The notes: generated by a model not told the origin, from the letters alone. Shown: positions 41,201 to 51,729, counted from the stretch's first letter. The stretch: 64,000 bases of DNA from Penicillus capitatus (GCA_965649825.1 OZ287696.1:2171724-2235723), one strand, 5' to 3'. A program made the numbers and translations.

Positions 41201-44200
41201 AGTGCTTGGGATACAACACTTTTTATTGAAGATGCGAGTCCTCAAGGCAACCTTAGAAGAATCAAATGAAAACGACTTAGAAGACTCTTTAAACGACGAA
41301 CGAGCAATCAAGCTCGCAAAATGTGCCCATCGACTACTTGAGCACACTATCGACGATATTCTATTTCGTGAAATCGTCGTCGAAAAATTCCAGCATCTCT
41401 CTTGCGTTTTGAAAGAATTTCCCCAAGTCCTCGACGATATCGTTGGTGGAGTAAAGAAGATGCTAGATGCCTCGCACGATTTATCGTGGAAGACGATGGC
41501 TAAAATTAAGGATGCTTTAAAGCTTGCAAGACACTCCCCGAAGCAATGTTACACAATAATCAATTTCGTAACGCAACAAGCGAAGAAACCAGATAGTTGG
41601 TGCAAACGAAGAGAGTGCATCAGAAGGTTAAGTTGTATTGCAGAACAAATACCGCAGCACGCCGGCGCGGTTCTGCCGACGCTGGCGAAGGGGTGCGTCG
41701 ACGAAGACTCGGGCGTGCGTGGGTCTGCCATGGAGGCCATCGGTCGCGTCGTCGCCTCGGCGCCGCAGCACGCCGGCGAGGTTCTTCCGACGCTGGCGAA
41801 GGTGTGCGTCGACGATCACTGGGGCGTGCCAAGGGATGCCATAATGGCCATCCGTCGCGTCGTCGCCTCGGCGCCGCAGCACGCCGGCGAGGTTCTGCCG
41901 ACGCTGGCGAAGGGGTGCGTCGACGAAGACTCGGGCGTGCGTGGGTCTGCCATAAGAACCATCGGTCTCGTCGTCGCCTCGGCGCGGCAGCACGCCGGCG
42001 AGGTTCTGCCGACGCTCGCGAAGGGGTGCTGTAGGAAATGAACCCTTAACTGTCATCTGTGTAACCACCGGAAGCGGTGGAGCCGTCACATAACCATCCA
42101 GGCGCGCCGACCATCGGTCGCGACGGATGTCGGCTCTCGACCTAACTTCCCCATAACGTAAGGGGTGTGGTTATGCTGCATGCACTAGGAGTTCGCAGCT
42201 GTTAGGACGTAAGGTTAGGAAGTCCATAACCACCCTGGGTATATAAGGTCGACATTTCACCCTGTAAACACTCCTGTTCGTATCGCATCAAATCTGATTG
42301 CGTTTCCGTCGTCTCAACGCGCAAGGACTCGACTATCGTCTGAACCACTCTTACATTCGATTCCCAACATCTGGTGGACCTCCGGGGCAACTGTCGAGCG
42401 TTTTCTATCATCTCTGACAAGCCATGCGCATTGAGTCGATTGCCTTCCCGCGTTACGATGGACGCACTGACCCTAGGAGATGGGTCAGCAAGATGACCTC
42501 GCTCTTCCGCCTGCAGCAAATCGAGGACCAGCCCGGGGCGCGAGCCGAAATCGCAGTCACCTTGCTTGACGGACCAGCCGCGGATTGGGCGGAACTGCAC
42601 CATGACGCCGACGCCCATCTGAATATCGACTGGGCCGATTGGAGTCAGCTGGTGATCGACCGTTTTGTTCGCGACCAGGACCCTGACCGCGCCAGAGACC
42701 AGCTCAGACACATCTTCCAGAAGCGACGAGAATCCTTGATCGCGTACGCTGAGCGCTTCGCCTTGATGTGTTCTAGAGCTCAGCCTGCTGTCGACCCAGA
42801 CGATTACTACAAGTACTGGCTGAGAGGCCTCCGGAATGACCGCGCGGCAGAATACGCATTCACTCGACTTGCTGCAAGCAACAACGCGCCAACCTACGAA
42901 TATGCCGTTCGCTATGCGAAGTACGCGACGGAGGCGCGCAAGAATGTCCGAGGGTACGAGGAGACTGACGAAGAGGAAGACGAACCTGAACCTCAACATG
43001 AAAATCGTAACCATCCGACGGTCCTCAAGGAGAACGGAGCTCGTCGCCTTGCGAAGACAGGGCGAAGAACCACAACCATCGTGGCTGAGGAACCGGCGGC
43101 GGATGACTCCGAAGACGAAGAACTCCGTCAACTCATCTCCGGACTGACAGGCCTGCTTGCGAAGAGGCAGGAAAAGCGACGCGCAAGACGCGCAGAATGC
43201 AACGCGTCTCGCTTCGTTGAATCTGTGTCCGAGGATGAAGACGACGAGGGGGCTGAAGCAACCGCCAGAATGGCGGATGAAGATGAGCAGCAACCCAGTA
43301 AGCGACGCCGAGGTGCGGCTGGAAAGAAAGCGCGGAAACCGCGTAAGAAGCCCGAGCTCGACCGTGAATGGGCAGATTACGCTGCTCAAGCATGGGCCAT
43401 CCCGCTGCGTTTCCTGAAAGGACGCAGCAAACGTGAAGTCTACTCCCAAGTGATACTGGCGCTGAGAGACGCGTTCGGGTTCACTCCAAAGCCTAAAAAG
43501 AAGAAGGGCGAAGATGAGCCTTCTGCTTCAGCACCACCGCAGCAGACTGACGTATATATGGAACCGGCAGCACAACAACCGCAAGGACCGCAGCAGTACC
43601 AAGCCACCCTCGCGCAGAAACGAGGCGGCAGGGACTGGCTCGAGCGATGCAAGGTATTCGTCGCAGGGCGGTTCGTGCCCAAGGTGATTGTAGACCCTGG
43701 CTCCTCGAACTCCATAATGGATGCGGAGTTCGCCCGTCAATTCCGCATCAGGCACACTACGCCCAGCCAAGGAACGTTACTGCTTGCGGATGGTTCTGTC
43801 CAGAAGCCGCTGGGACGCACTGACGAAGTTCGCGTTGAAGTGGGCGGTGTTTGGACACAGCAAGCGTTCAGTGTCCTGCCGACGAAGAACTCATATGACA
43901 TTCTTCTCGGTACGGACTGGCTGCGCACCGTCCGCAGCCGAGCCGACTTCGAAGAAGGAACATATACCTTCGGAGTGAAGAAGCGCATTACGGTCGTGCC
44001 GAAGTGGCGCAAACTGTTTTTCGCGAAAAAGCAACCCGCAGCTGTTGAAGACGATACCTCCGATGCCAGCAGCGAATCCGATATGGCCGCTGCACTGGAG
44101 GAGTTGATCGAGCAAATGCAAGCCCTCGCCAGCGATAGCGAGAGTGAGGACGAGGACGAATGCTTCCTTGCACTGAGTGACCAAGTGCTTGGCGAATTGC

Positions 44201-47200
44201 ACGTCAACCCGAAATTGAAGCCTGAGGTGCTTTCGGATATCCGCTCTCTCGTCAGTGAATACGTAGACTGTTTTGCATTAACCTTTCAAGACATGGTCAG
44301 GACGCCTTTAATGCAATTCGAGATCGAGTTGCGTCAAGGAGAAGTCGCGAAGCGCTGTGGCCGGACGCGACGCCTGGCGCCAAAAGAAACTGAGTTCGTC
44401 AAGGCACAAATTGACGAGCTGCTTGAAGCCAAGCTAATCATCCCTTGGGAAGAGGCCGCGAGAAAATATGGCTGCCCAAAACGCAAGGATCGTTGGCTGT
44501 CGCCAATCACCATCGCACCAAAGAAAGACGGTACCTTTCGATTCTGTTGTGCGTACCAGCGCCTCAACGACGCCACCATTCCAGACAAGTTCGTGCTGCC
44601 ACGGGCGGACGACCTGCTGGACCGCGTCATGGGTCACGCGTGGTACTCGGCCCTCGACGGATTCAGTGGATATTATTCCCTTGGTCTGCATCCTGAATCC
44701 GTACTAAAGACGGCCTTCGCCACAAGCTTCGGTGTCTATTGCTGGCTTGTCCTCCCCTTTGGAGTGACGAACGGTCCGGCTGCCTACTCGCGCTTGGTCG
44801 AGCAAGTCTATGGCGGATTGGACCGAGTCGGCGTCTTCATCGACGACGTCTGTTGTGCACACCAAGACGAAACCGGGATCATTGAAGACTTGCGGCGTGT
44901 GTTTCAGCGCTGTCGCAATGGAGGGCTCCGCCTGAAACCGAAGAAGTGCTTTATTGGCTATCGAGAAGTCGACTTCCTTGGCCACCGGCTGTGCCCAGAA
45001 GGGATGAGAATGGATGAAGCCAAAGTTGAGAAAATCTCAAGGATGCCCTCGCCGACGGACAGAAAACAACTGCAATCTCTTTACGGCATGTTCTCCTATT
45101 ATCGCCGCTTCCTGAAGAACTTCGCGGGCGTAAGTGCGCCGATGTCAAGTCTCCTTTCGACACGACGAGACTTCTTGTGGACTCCCGACGCCCAGAAGGC
45201 ACTGGAGGAGTTGAAGAAGCTCCTTGTCGACGGAGCGGTTTTGGCGGCGGTCAACGAAGACCTGCCCTTTCTCGTCGACACGGATGCCAGCTCTTACGGA
45301 ATCGGGGCCGTTTTGTCACAGGAGCAAGACGGTGAAGAGCGTCCGATCTACTTCTACTCCAGACTCCTAAAGGATGCTGAGACACGATACTCAGCCACCG
45401 AGCGAGAAGGATTGGCATTGGTTGCCGGGCTCAAGAAATTTCGCGTCTATGTCTTAGGACGCAAGGTGGTCGCTCGAACCGACCATGCAGCATTGTCACA
45501 TATGCTGCGCAAAACAGACCTGACGGGTCGTATTGCCCGTTGGAAGCTCATCTTGTCCGAGTACGACGTCCATTATGTGACGAGGCCCGGAGAGAGACAT
45601 CGCAACGCTGATGGACTGAGTCGCCTGGTCGATGAAGATTCGGAACCTCGACCAGTTAATAAAGAAGAGGAATGCGATGAATGTCCAGCGCTCGTGGCCG
45701 AAGACGTTGCTTCCGCTTTCGAAGCCTGCCGCGAGTACGCAGAAATCCTCCCCTCGGTCAACGAACAGGACAGTCGATTTCGGTGGGGTGAGCGCAATCT
45801 TTTCTTTGAAGACTTAGATGGACGGCGCAAGATTTGTCTGCTGCCGAACCAAGTCCGCGCAGTCGTCGGTGAAGAACACTGCGTCGGACACTTTTCTGCC
45901 GAAATAACATTACAACGAGTAAGGCAAAGATATTGGTTTCCGAAGATGCGCAAGCAAGTGCAAGACCTCGTGAAGACCTGCCAAACCTGCCAGTTGTTCG
46001 GTTCCAAGCCCCCCATCCGTAGCACTATCCCCATTGCCATCGAAGAACCATGGGAGCTGGTCGAGTTGGACACGGTCGTCGGCTTGCCGGCGACGCCGAG
46101 GAAGGCAGTAGGATTCGTCACGGCGATCGACTGCTTCACAGGATTCGTAATAACAGATGCATTGACGTCCTTGGGAGCTGCGAAGACCCTCAAGTTCCTT
46201 ATCAATAAAGTCGTTTGCGCTTGGGGCGTGCCGCAGAGAATCCTGACGGACAACGGGACGGAGTTCCAAGGTGTTTTTAGTGAGACGGTGAAGAATCTCG
46301 GGATCGAGCATCGATGGTCGACGCCACGATACCCCCGCAGCCATGGCAAAGTCGAGAACGTACAGCGCCTCGTCCTTGACCGCCTGAGGAAGTGCCAGAA
46401 TCCGAGAAGCTGGGACGAGAACCTCCCGGCTGCGACGTTTGCTGTGAACGCACGACGAGGCAAGTTCCTGTCGCCACTCGAACTTCTCACAGGGGTCGTG
46501 CCGAAAAGCCGCACTGAAGTGAATCTGTTAGCCGGCGAGAGCAAAGGGGATGCAGAGCCCTTGCAGACCGCCCTTGCAGACCGTCTGACCGATCTTGCGC
46601 TTTGTCGCGAGCGTTTTCGTGACTCTGCGAAGAAGATCCGCGAGTCCTGGACTGCAGAAGCCGCGATCCCACGCATCGAGCCTGGGAAAGAGGTCCGCGT
46701 CTATCGACTTGAAGACCACGGGAAACTCGAAGCAGCGTTCGAGAAAGGTGTCGTGACGTGGTGGGGTAATCAAGGAGCTTGCAGAGTTCTGGTCGATGGC
46801 CGCATGAAGAGAGTACCGCAGTTCTGCGTGAAGCCGTGGATCGCTCCTCAATAAAGTTCTCATGACGCTCAATGGTTCTACCTCTTACCTGACTTGTGTG
46901 TTTCGTTCATTCTGTCACTTAAACGTCGGGACGTGACGTGTTAAGTGAGGAGGAGTCACTGTAGGAAATGAACCCTTAACTGTCATCTGTGTAACCACCG
47001 GAAGCGGTGGAGCCGTCACATAACCATCCAGGCGCGCCGACCATCGGTCGCGACGGATGTCGGCTCTCGACCTAACTTCCCCATAACGTAAGGGGTGTGG
47101 TTATGCTGCATGCACTAGGAGTTCGCAGCTGTTAGGACGTAAGGTTAGGAAGTCCATAACCACCCTGGGTATATAAGGTCGACATTTCACCCTGTAAACA

Positions 47201-48729
47201 CTCCTGTTCGTATCGCATCAAATCTGATTGCGTTTCCGTCGTCTCAACGCGCAAGGACTCGACTATCGTCTGAACCACTCTTACATTCGATTCCCAACAG
47301 GTGCGTCGACGAAGACTCGGGCGTGCGTGGTTCTGCCATGGATGCCATCGGTCTCGTCGTCGCCTCGGCGCGGCAGCACGCCGGCGAGGTTCTGCCGACG
47401 CTGGCGAAGGGGTGCGTCGACGAACACTCGGGCGTGCGTGGGTCTGCCATGGATGCCATCGGTCGCGTCGTCGCCTCGGCGCCGAAGCACGCCGGCGAGG
47501 TTCTGCCGACGCTGGCGAAGGGGTGCGTCGACGAACACTCGGGCGTGCGTGGGTCTGCCATGAAGGCCATCGGTCGCGTCGTCGCCTCGGCGCCGAAGCA
47601 CGCCGGCGAGGTTCTGCCGACGCTGGCGAAGGGGTGCGTCGACGAAAACTCGGGCGTGCGTGGGTCTGCCATGGAGGCCATCGATCGCGTCGTTGCGTCG
47701 GCGCCGCAGCACGCCGGCGAGGTTCTGCCGACGCTGGCGAAGGGGTGCGTCGACGAAAACTCGGGCGTGCGTGGGTCTGCCATGGAGGCCATCGATCGCG
47801 TCGTTGCGTCGGCGCCGCAGCACGCCGGCGAGGTTCTGCCGACGCTGGCGAAGGGGTGCGTCGACGAAAACTCGGACGTGCGAAGGGCTGCCATGAAGGC
47901 CATCGATCGCGTCGTTGCGTCGGCGCCGCAGCACGCCGGCGAGGTTCTGCCGACGCTGGCGAAGGGGTGCGTCGACGAAAACTCGGGCGTGCGTGGGTCT
48001 GCCATGAAGGCCATCGGTCGCGTCGTCGCCTCGGCGCCGAAGCACGCCGGCGAGGTTCTGCCGACGCTGGCGAAGGGGTGCGTCGACGAAAACTCGGGCG
48101 TGCGTGGGTCTGCCATGGAGGCCATCGATCGCGTCGTTGCGTCGGCGCCGCAGCACGCCGGCGAGGTTCTGCCGACGCTGGCGAAGGGGTGCGTCGACGA
48201 AAACTCGGGCGTGCGTGGGTCTGCCATGGAGGCCATCGATCGCGTCGTTGCGTCGGCGCCGCAGCACGCCGGCGAGGTTCTGCCGACGCTGGCGAAGGGG
48301 TGCGTCGACGAAAACTCGGACGTGCGAAGGGCTGCCATGAAGGCCATCGATCGCGTCGTTGCGTCGGCGCCGCAGCACGCCGGCGAGGTTCTTCCGACGC
48401 TGGCGAAGGGGTGCGTCGACGAAGACTGGGGCGTGCGAAGGGCTGCAAGAACGGCGTTAAAATCTTTTAAACCTGCAAAATCTTTCATTCTAGCGATGTC
48501 AATTTTGCCTGCGTATAAATCTGATCTTCAATACTTTTTTGTGCGACACTCGTTTACAGTGGATCTTTTTGGAGAACGCGAACGTGTTCCTCTTGTCTTG
48601 CATACGATTTTTCTTCAAAAAATTGGAAGGTGGAGTAAGGATGATATTGGTTTGTTTGTCGGTTTTTTGAAACGAGATTTTTACGAAAAGTTTCCCGGAT
48701 TGCTAGAGCTTATCGAAGAAAAGAAGTAA
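38263..48729 (+). CDS. NLR-like STAND NTPase: helical N-domain + NACHT + 14 HEAT repeats (~1712 aa once the retrotransposon is removed)
   Basis: Exon 1 38263..39774; intron 39775..39827. Walker A LLYGNPGSGKT (40122-40145), Walker B LLIFDGLDE, winged-helix YQFPHLTFQEFFAG. ORF stops in the LTR at 42039-41 and resumes in frame at 47301, ending at TAA 48729. Confidence 0.92.
41655..42029 (+). repeat. 111-bp (37-aa) HEAT repeat array, units 1 to the first part of unit 4
   Basis: QHAG(A/E)VLPTLAK.CVD units start at 41655, 41766, 41877 and 41988; unit 4 is cut after ...AKGC. Confidence 0.95.
42372..42387 (+). promoter_or_regulatory. Primer-binding site of element A (probably tRNA-Ala)
   Basis: TGGTGGACCTCCGGGG 2 nt after the LTR; its complement ends ...GUCCACCA (U70, A73), the acceptor end typical of tRNA-Ala (inference). 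Confidence 0.65.
42424..46854 (+). CDS. Gag-Pol polyprotein of element A (1476 aa, single ORF)
   Basis: Retrotrans_gag-like region, protease IVDPGSSNS, RT LDGFSGY/FIDD, RNase H DTDASSYGIGAVLSQ, HHCC + DDE integrase; gypsy domain order; no chromodomain seen. Confidence 0.96.
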   Translation: MRIESIAFPRYDGRTDPRRWVSKMTSLFRLQQIEDQPGARAEIAVTLLDGPAADWAELHHDADAHLNIDWADWSQLVIDRFVRDQDPDRARDQLRHIFQKRRESLIAYAERFALMCSRAQPAVDPDDYYKYWLRGLRNDRAAEYAFTRLAASNNAPTYEYAVRYAKYATEARKNVRGYEETDEEEDEPEPQHENRNHPTVLKENGARRLAKTGRRTTTIVAEEPAADDSEDEELRQLISGLTGLLAKRQEKRRARRAECNASRFVESVSEDEDDEGAEATARMADEDEQQPSKRRRGAAGKKARKPRKKPELDREWADYAAQAWAIPLRFLKGRSKREVYSQVILALRDAFGFTPKPKKKKGEDEPSASAPPQQTDVYMEPAAQQPQGPQQYQATLAQKRGGRDWLERCKVFVAGRFVPKVIVDPGSSNSIMDAEFARQFRIRHTTPSQGTLLLADGSVQKPLGRTDEVRVEVGGVWTQQAFSVLPTKNSYDILLGTDWLRTVRSRADFEEGTYTFGVKKRITVVPKWRKLFFAKKQPAAVEDDTSDASSESDMAAALEELIEQMQALASDSESEDEDECFLALSDQVLGELHVNPKLKPEVLSDIRSLVSEYVDCFALTFQDMVRTPLMQFEIELRQGEVAKRCGRTRRLAPKETEFVKAQIDELLEAKLIIPWEEAARKYGCPKRKDRWLSPITIAPKKDGTFRFCCAYQRLNDATIPDKFVLPRADDLLDRVMGHAWYSALDGFSGYYSLGLHPESVLKTAFATSFGVYCWLVLPFGVTNGPAAYSRLVEQVYGGLDRVGVFIDDVCCAHQDETGIIEDLRRVFQRCRNGGLRLKPKKCFIGYREVDFLGHRLCPEGMRMDEAKVEKISRMPSPTDRKQLQSLYGMFSYYRRFLKNFAGVSAPMSSLLSTRRDFLWTPDAQKALEELKKLLVDGAVLAAVNEDLPFLVDTDASSYGIGAVLSQEQDGEERPIYFYSRLLKDAETRYSATEREGLALVAGLKKFRVYVLGRKVVARTDHAALSHMLRKTDLTGRIARWKLILSEYDVHYVTRPGERHRNADGLSRLVDEDSEPRPVNKEEECDECPALVAEDVASAFEACREYAEILPSVNEQDSRFRWGERNLFFEDLDGRRKICLLPNQVRAVVGEEHCVGHFSAEITLQRVRQRYWFPKMRKQVQDLVKTCQTCQLFGSKPPIRSTIPIAIEEPWELVELDTVVGLPATPRKAVGFVTAIDCFTGFVITDALTSLGAAKTLKFLINKVVCAWGVPQRILTDNGTEFQGVFSETVKNLGIEHRWSTPRYPRSHGKVENVQRLVLDRLRKCQNPRSWDENLPAATFAVNARRGKFLSPLELLTGVVPKSRTEVNLLAGESKGDAEPLQTALADRLTDLALCRERFRDSAKKIRESWTAEAAIPRIEPGKEVRVYRLEDHGKLEAAFEKGVVTWWGNQGACRVLVDGRMKRVPQFCVKPWIAPQ
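47300..48450 (+). repeat. 111-bp HEAT repeat array, remainder of unit 4 plus units 5-14
   Basis: Units start at 47374, 47485, 47596, 47707, 47818, 47929, 48040, 48151, 48262 and 48373 (exact 111-bp spacing). Confidence 0.95.
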
Positions 48730-49862
48730 CTTGAAAGCACAATAGTCCTTTGTCGTTCGTTGAAGGGGCTGATACGATTTCGCAGTCTATCTTTCTGACA
48801 GGTGTGTTTGAAATTTTGTGCCACGTCGACGTCACACACACACTACTTGTTCACTTTATACTATCTTGCTGAAGAATTATGAATTATATGTTGTTGTCTC
48901 TTGTTCTGTAAAGTTAAGTTGAAATGGACGGTACGCTTAGCGTGTCACATCATGGGTTTGCTGTACACAAAAGAAGACAATTTTAAGATGCCTTTACTTG
49001 TGTGAACATACAGAGGTGCTTCATGAATTGCCAAAGAATTCATCGAAAATGCGCTGCTAAATATCAAAGAAGAACAATTTTCGGATACTAAAGCTTGGGA
49101 TGCAAAAATATGTGTGACTGCAGAGCAAGTACATTAAAAAGATCAGTCAATATCCGTCTGTAACTGAAGCTAAAAGAATCCAACTATTTTGTCAAGCATC
49201 TGCAGAAAAACTATAGAATAATACTCTGTAGATTATGTCATAGACCCGTGGCCGGAGTGACTGAGCTCATGACACTAAGTCGTCTGTCGCAACTGAAGTA
49301 AGTTTCACCTGTCATCATTTATAATATCTGCAACTGAGCGATTGACGCCGCCTGTCACGAATCGCTCAAAAAACGTTACAAGATATCAGATTGGTACATA
49401 CGAACCATTAAAACACAGCAACAGTGACTGTTTTTACTTTCCAACATGTGCCATTACCATTCAGCATTCGATTGAAACAAAAACCCAAGAACTACGTTGA
49501 GCTTCCATCAAACCCAGTAGAAAGACCGAGTCGTATAATAACAGCCGGTTTAACATTGATACGCGCAAATATCGAACTGTTAAAATAGACAGACGTTCGT
49601 TGTTAGAGATGATGTTTTGTTTTGATAACCCCCTTTTTATATAATCTTTTTGGCATGACGTTATGGTGGCGTCATGCTTCATGTCATGTTATGATCTTCC
49701 TCTTCAGTTCTTCTCCCTTCTTGACAGTGACAACATTCGTGCATTGCTACAATTCAATACAAATTAGAAAACGCCTCGGTTTAAACCTGCTTAGTAAAAA
49801 AGACAACAAAACTGTTCAGCTGCCAAGTTCTGCATCTTCAGCAACTAACAAATGCTGGCGGC

Positions 49863-51729
49863 ACTTCCCTTCCGCCTTCCGCCATGCCAAAGTCATCTCA
49901 ATACCAAAACCAGACAAGGACCCCTACACTCCTGGAGGATATCGCCCAATTTCCCTGCTCTCCAGCTCGGGGAAAAAGTTGGAACACATCATTAACATGC
50001 GATTAAAAACATATCTCGAAGAGAACCAGCTCTTCAGTGAAGTTTAATTCGGGTTCCGTACTGGTCGCTCTACTCAAGATGCTCTCCACAGACTAGTGGA
50101 CCAAGCTACGCAAGCGCTCAACCAAAGGAAGCAACTTCTTCTTCTCTCAATAGATCTCCAGGGTGCTTTTGACACAACCGACAATGATCTGATCTGGAGT
50201 AAGCTACAGAAAACAAGGATTCCGCAATACTTGCTACGGCTCATAGACCAGTTTCTCTCCAACCGTAGTGCCGAGTTAACAATCCAGACGGAGACTCACC
50301 TCACCCAGCTCACCAGAGGTGTACCACAAGGGAGTCCGTTATCTCCTACACTATTCGCAGCTTATGTGAATGATCTGCCCTCGATATGCAGGGGAGAAGT
50401 CAAGGGACAACTTTTCGCTGATGACTTTGTGCTCTGGCGTATGGTAGACAAGGACGGGTTCCCCAATAATGACCTCCGATCAACAATCCGCGCCTTAGAA
50501 GACTGTTGTTTACAGAATCGTATGCAGTGCAATTGCTCAAAAACGAAGCTCCTAAGCATCACCAGACTCCGGAAATCACACACTCCTAAGCTGCCATTCT
50601 TCGGTAACACCATACTTCCATCCCAATCCCTGAAATACTTGGGGGTCGACTTCGATCGAAGACTCACATTCAGCGCTCACATAAATCAAGTGGAAATGAA
50701 ACTGGCCCAACGCCTCTCCACGATAAGGAAAATGGCATCAAAGCTTTGGGGCACCAACCCCTGGATTCTCGGAACCCTAATTCGAGGCACCCTCATTCCA
50801 CTGGCGACTTACGCAGCGACGACATGGGGCCCTCACATACTAGGAAACAAGTCCCGACTGAAGCAAATCAACCGTGTGCTCCGCCATGCAGCAATTGCCA
50901 TCACGGGTGCACTGAGCACATCACCGTTCACCGAGGTCCTCCACTTAGCTGGGCTAGAAACATTCGAAGAATTGATTAGAACCTCACTACTCAAATCTGC
51001 GCACAACTGGGAGCACTCCCAGCTAACTACCAACCAAACAACAACCACGTATCCTACAAGACTAACATCCACCAAACAGCTCTTTGCCTCACTACCAGAA
51101 ATATCAAAACTAAGTTTTCAAGCTCTATCCCCAGCGCAATGGAAATCCGAAGCCAAGGACTGGACCCACAACCAAATAATGAAAACATTTTGCGAAGACC
51201 CGAATCCCGCAAAAGGTAGAGCATCGCTCCCATGGGGCCCCTTTGCCTGGCGCACTCGCTGGGTCTTCAAAAAATTCCGCCGCTTAGACTTATCGCTCCT
51301 GACCCAATTCCTACTGGACCACTGGCGCTCTCGGAAATTCCTGCACCGCATTCACAAACAAGAATCCCCGCTCTGCCGCATGTGCAACAGGCAAGAAGAA
51401 TCACGACAACACATACTCCAATGCCCCCACACAGCTCAGCTCTGCGCGCAACGTCTCCCTGGCATAACCACCTTAGAAGCTCTCGGCAAACACTTACGCA
51501 AACGCCCCAACCTCCAGTCCCTATCGGAACTTCTAAGAGACCTCCACCACCTATGGGAAGACCAAGCATCAAGATGAGAAAGAACAAGAACTAAAACAAA
51601 TAATTGCACACCAAGTTGACTCACACTTCATGATTACAACACCCAATCTTCATACACAACGCCATTGGAACCCCCTTTTTCTCAGCCCTAGATGCTTAGG
51701 CAAAGGGCTTTAATCAATCCCATTTACAC
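49863..51729 (+). mobile_element. 5'-truncated non-LTR retrotransposon (LINE, I/Jockey-group-like ORF2, no RNase H seen)
   Basis: RT motifs YRPISLL, *FGFR, DLQGAFD, GVPQGSPLSPTLF, FADD, LKYLGV; C-terminal CxxC...HxxxC knuckle; 15-bp TSD ACAAATGCTGGCGGC at 49848..49862 and 51730..51744; in-frame TAA at 50045-47. Confidence 0.93.

Larger units (their letters stand above)
42030..47299 (+). mobile_element. Intact, very recent Ty3/gypsy LTR retrotransposon (element A, 5270 bp)
   Basis: Identical 340-bp TG...CA LTRs (42030..42369, 46960..47299); 5-bp TSD GGTGC (42025..42029, 47300..47304); PBS 42372..42387; PPT aagtgaggaggag 46943..46955. Confidence 0.98.

Noticed and set aside
42202-43449. 415-aa antisense ORF in element A
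   Set aside because: Shadow frame of GC-rich gag; its tail is just the antisense LTR, shared with ORF 47132..48448; no domain signal.
46855-46959. env-like or chromodomain extension in element A (also checked B and C)
   Set aside because: Only ~100 nt lie between the pol stop and the 3' LTR; no extra ORF and no chromodomain motif after the integrase in any of the three elements.
41655-48450. CRISPR-like or satellite interpretation of the 111-bp repeats
   Set aside because: No unique spacers; units are contiguous, a multiple of three and in frame with a NACHT ORF; eukaryotic context with no cas genes.
47132-48488. Long alternative-frame and antisense ORFs (365-438 aa) over the HEAT array
   Set aside because: By-product of a GC-rich 111-bp unit lacking stops in several frames; the Arg/Pro-rich translations are not protein-like.
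48730-49800. AT-rich stretch with fragmentary coding-like triplets
   Set aside because: Multiple stops in all frames; no repeats or termini identified.
50045-50047. TAA at the conserved Gln of the LINE QxGFR motif, and TAA/TAG shared by both 2.8-3.4 kb copies, suggesting the ulvophyte TAR=Gln code
   Set aside because: Host genes end at TAG/TAA exactly at conserved C-termini (ATPase FTYW*, Lhca PFLG*), and 800-1476-aa ORFs contain no in-frame TAR. The LINE codon is best read as a CAA>TAA mutation, and the shared TAG in the duplicate is a splice acceptor.
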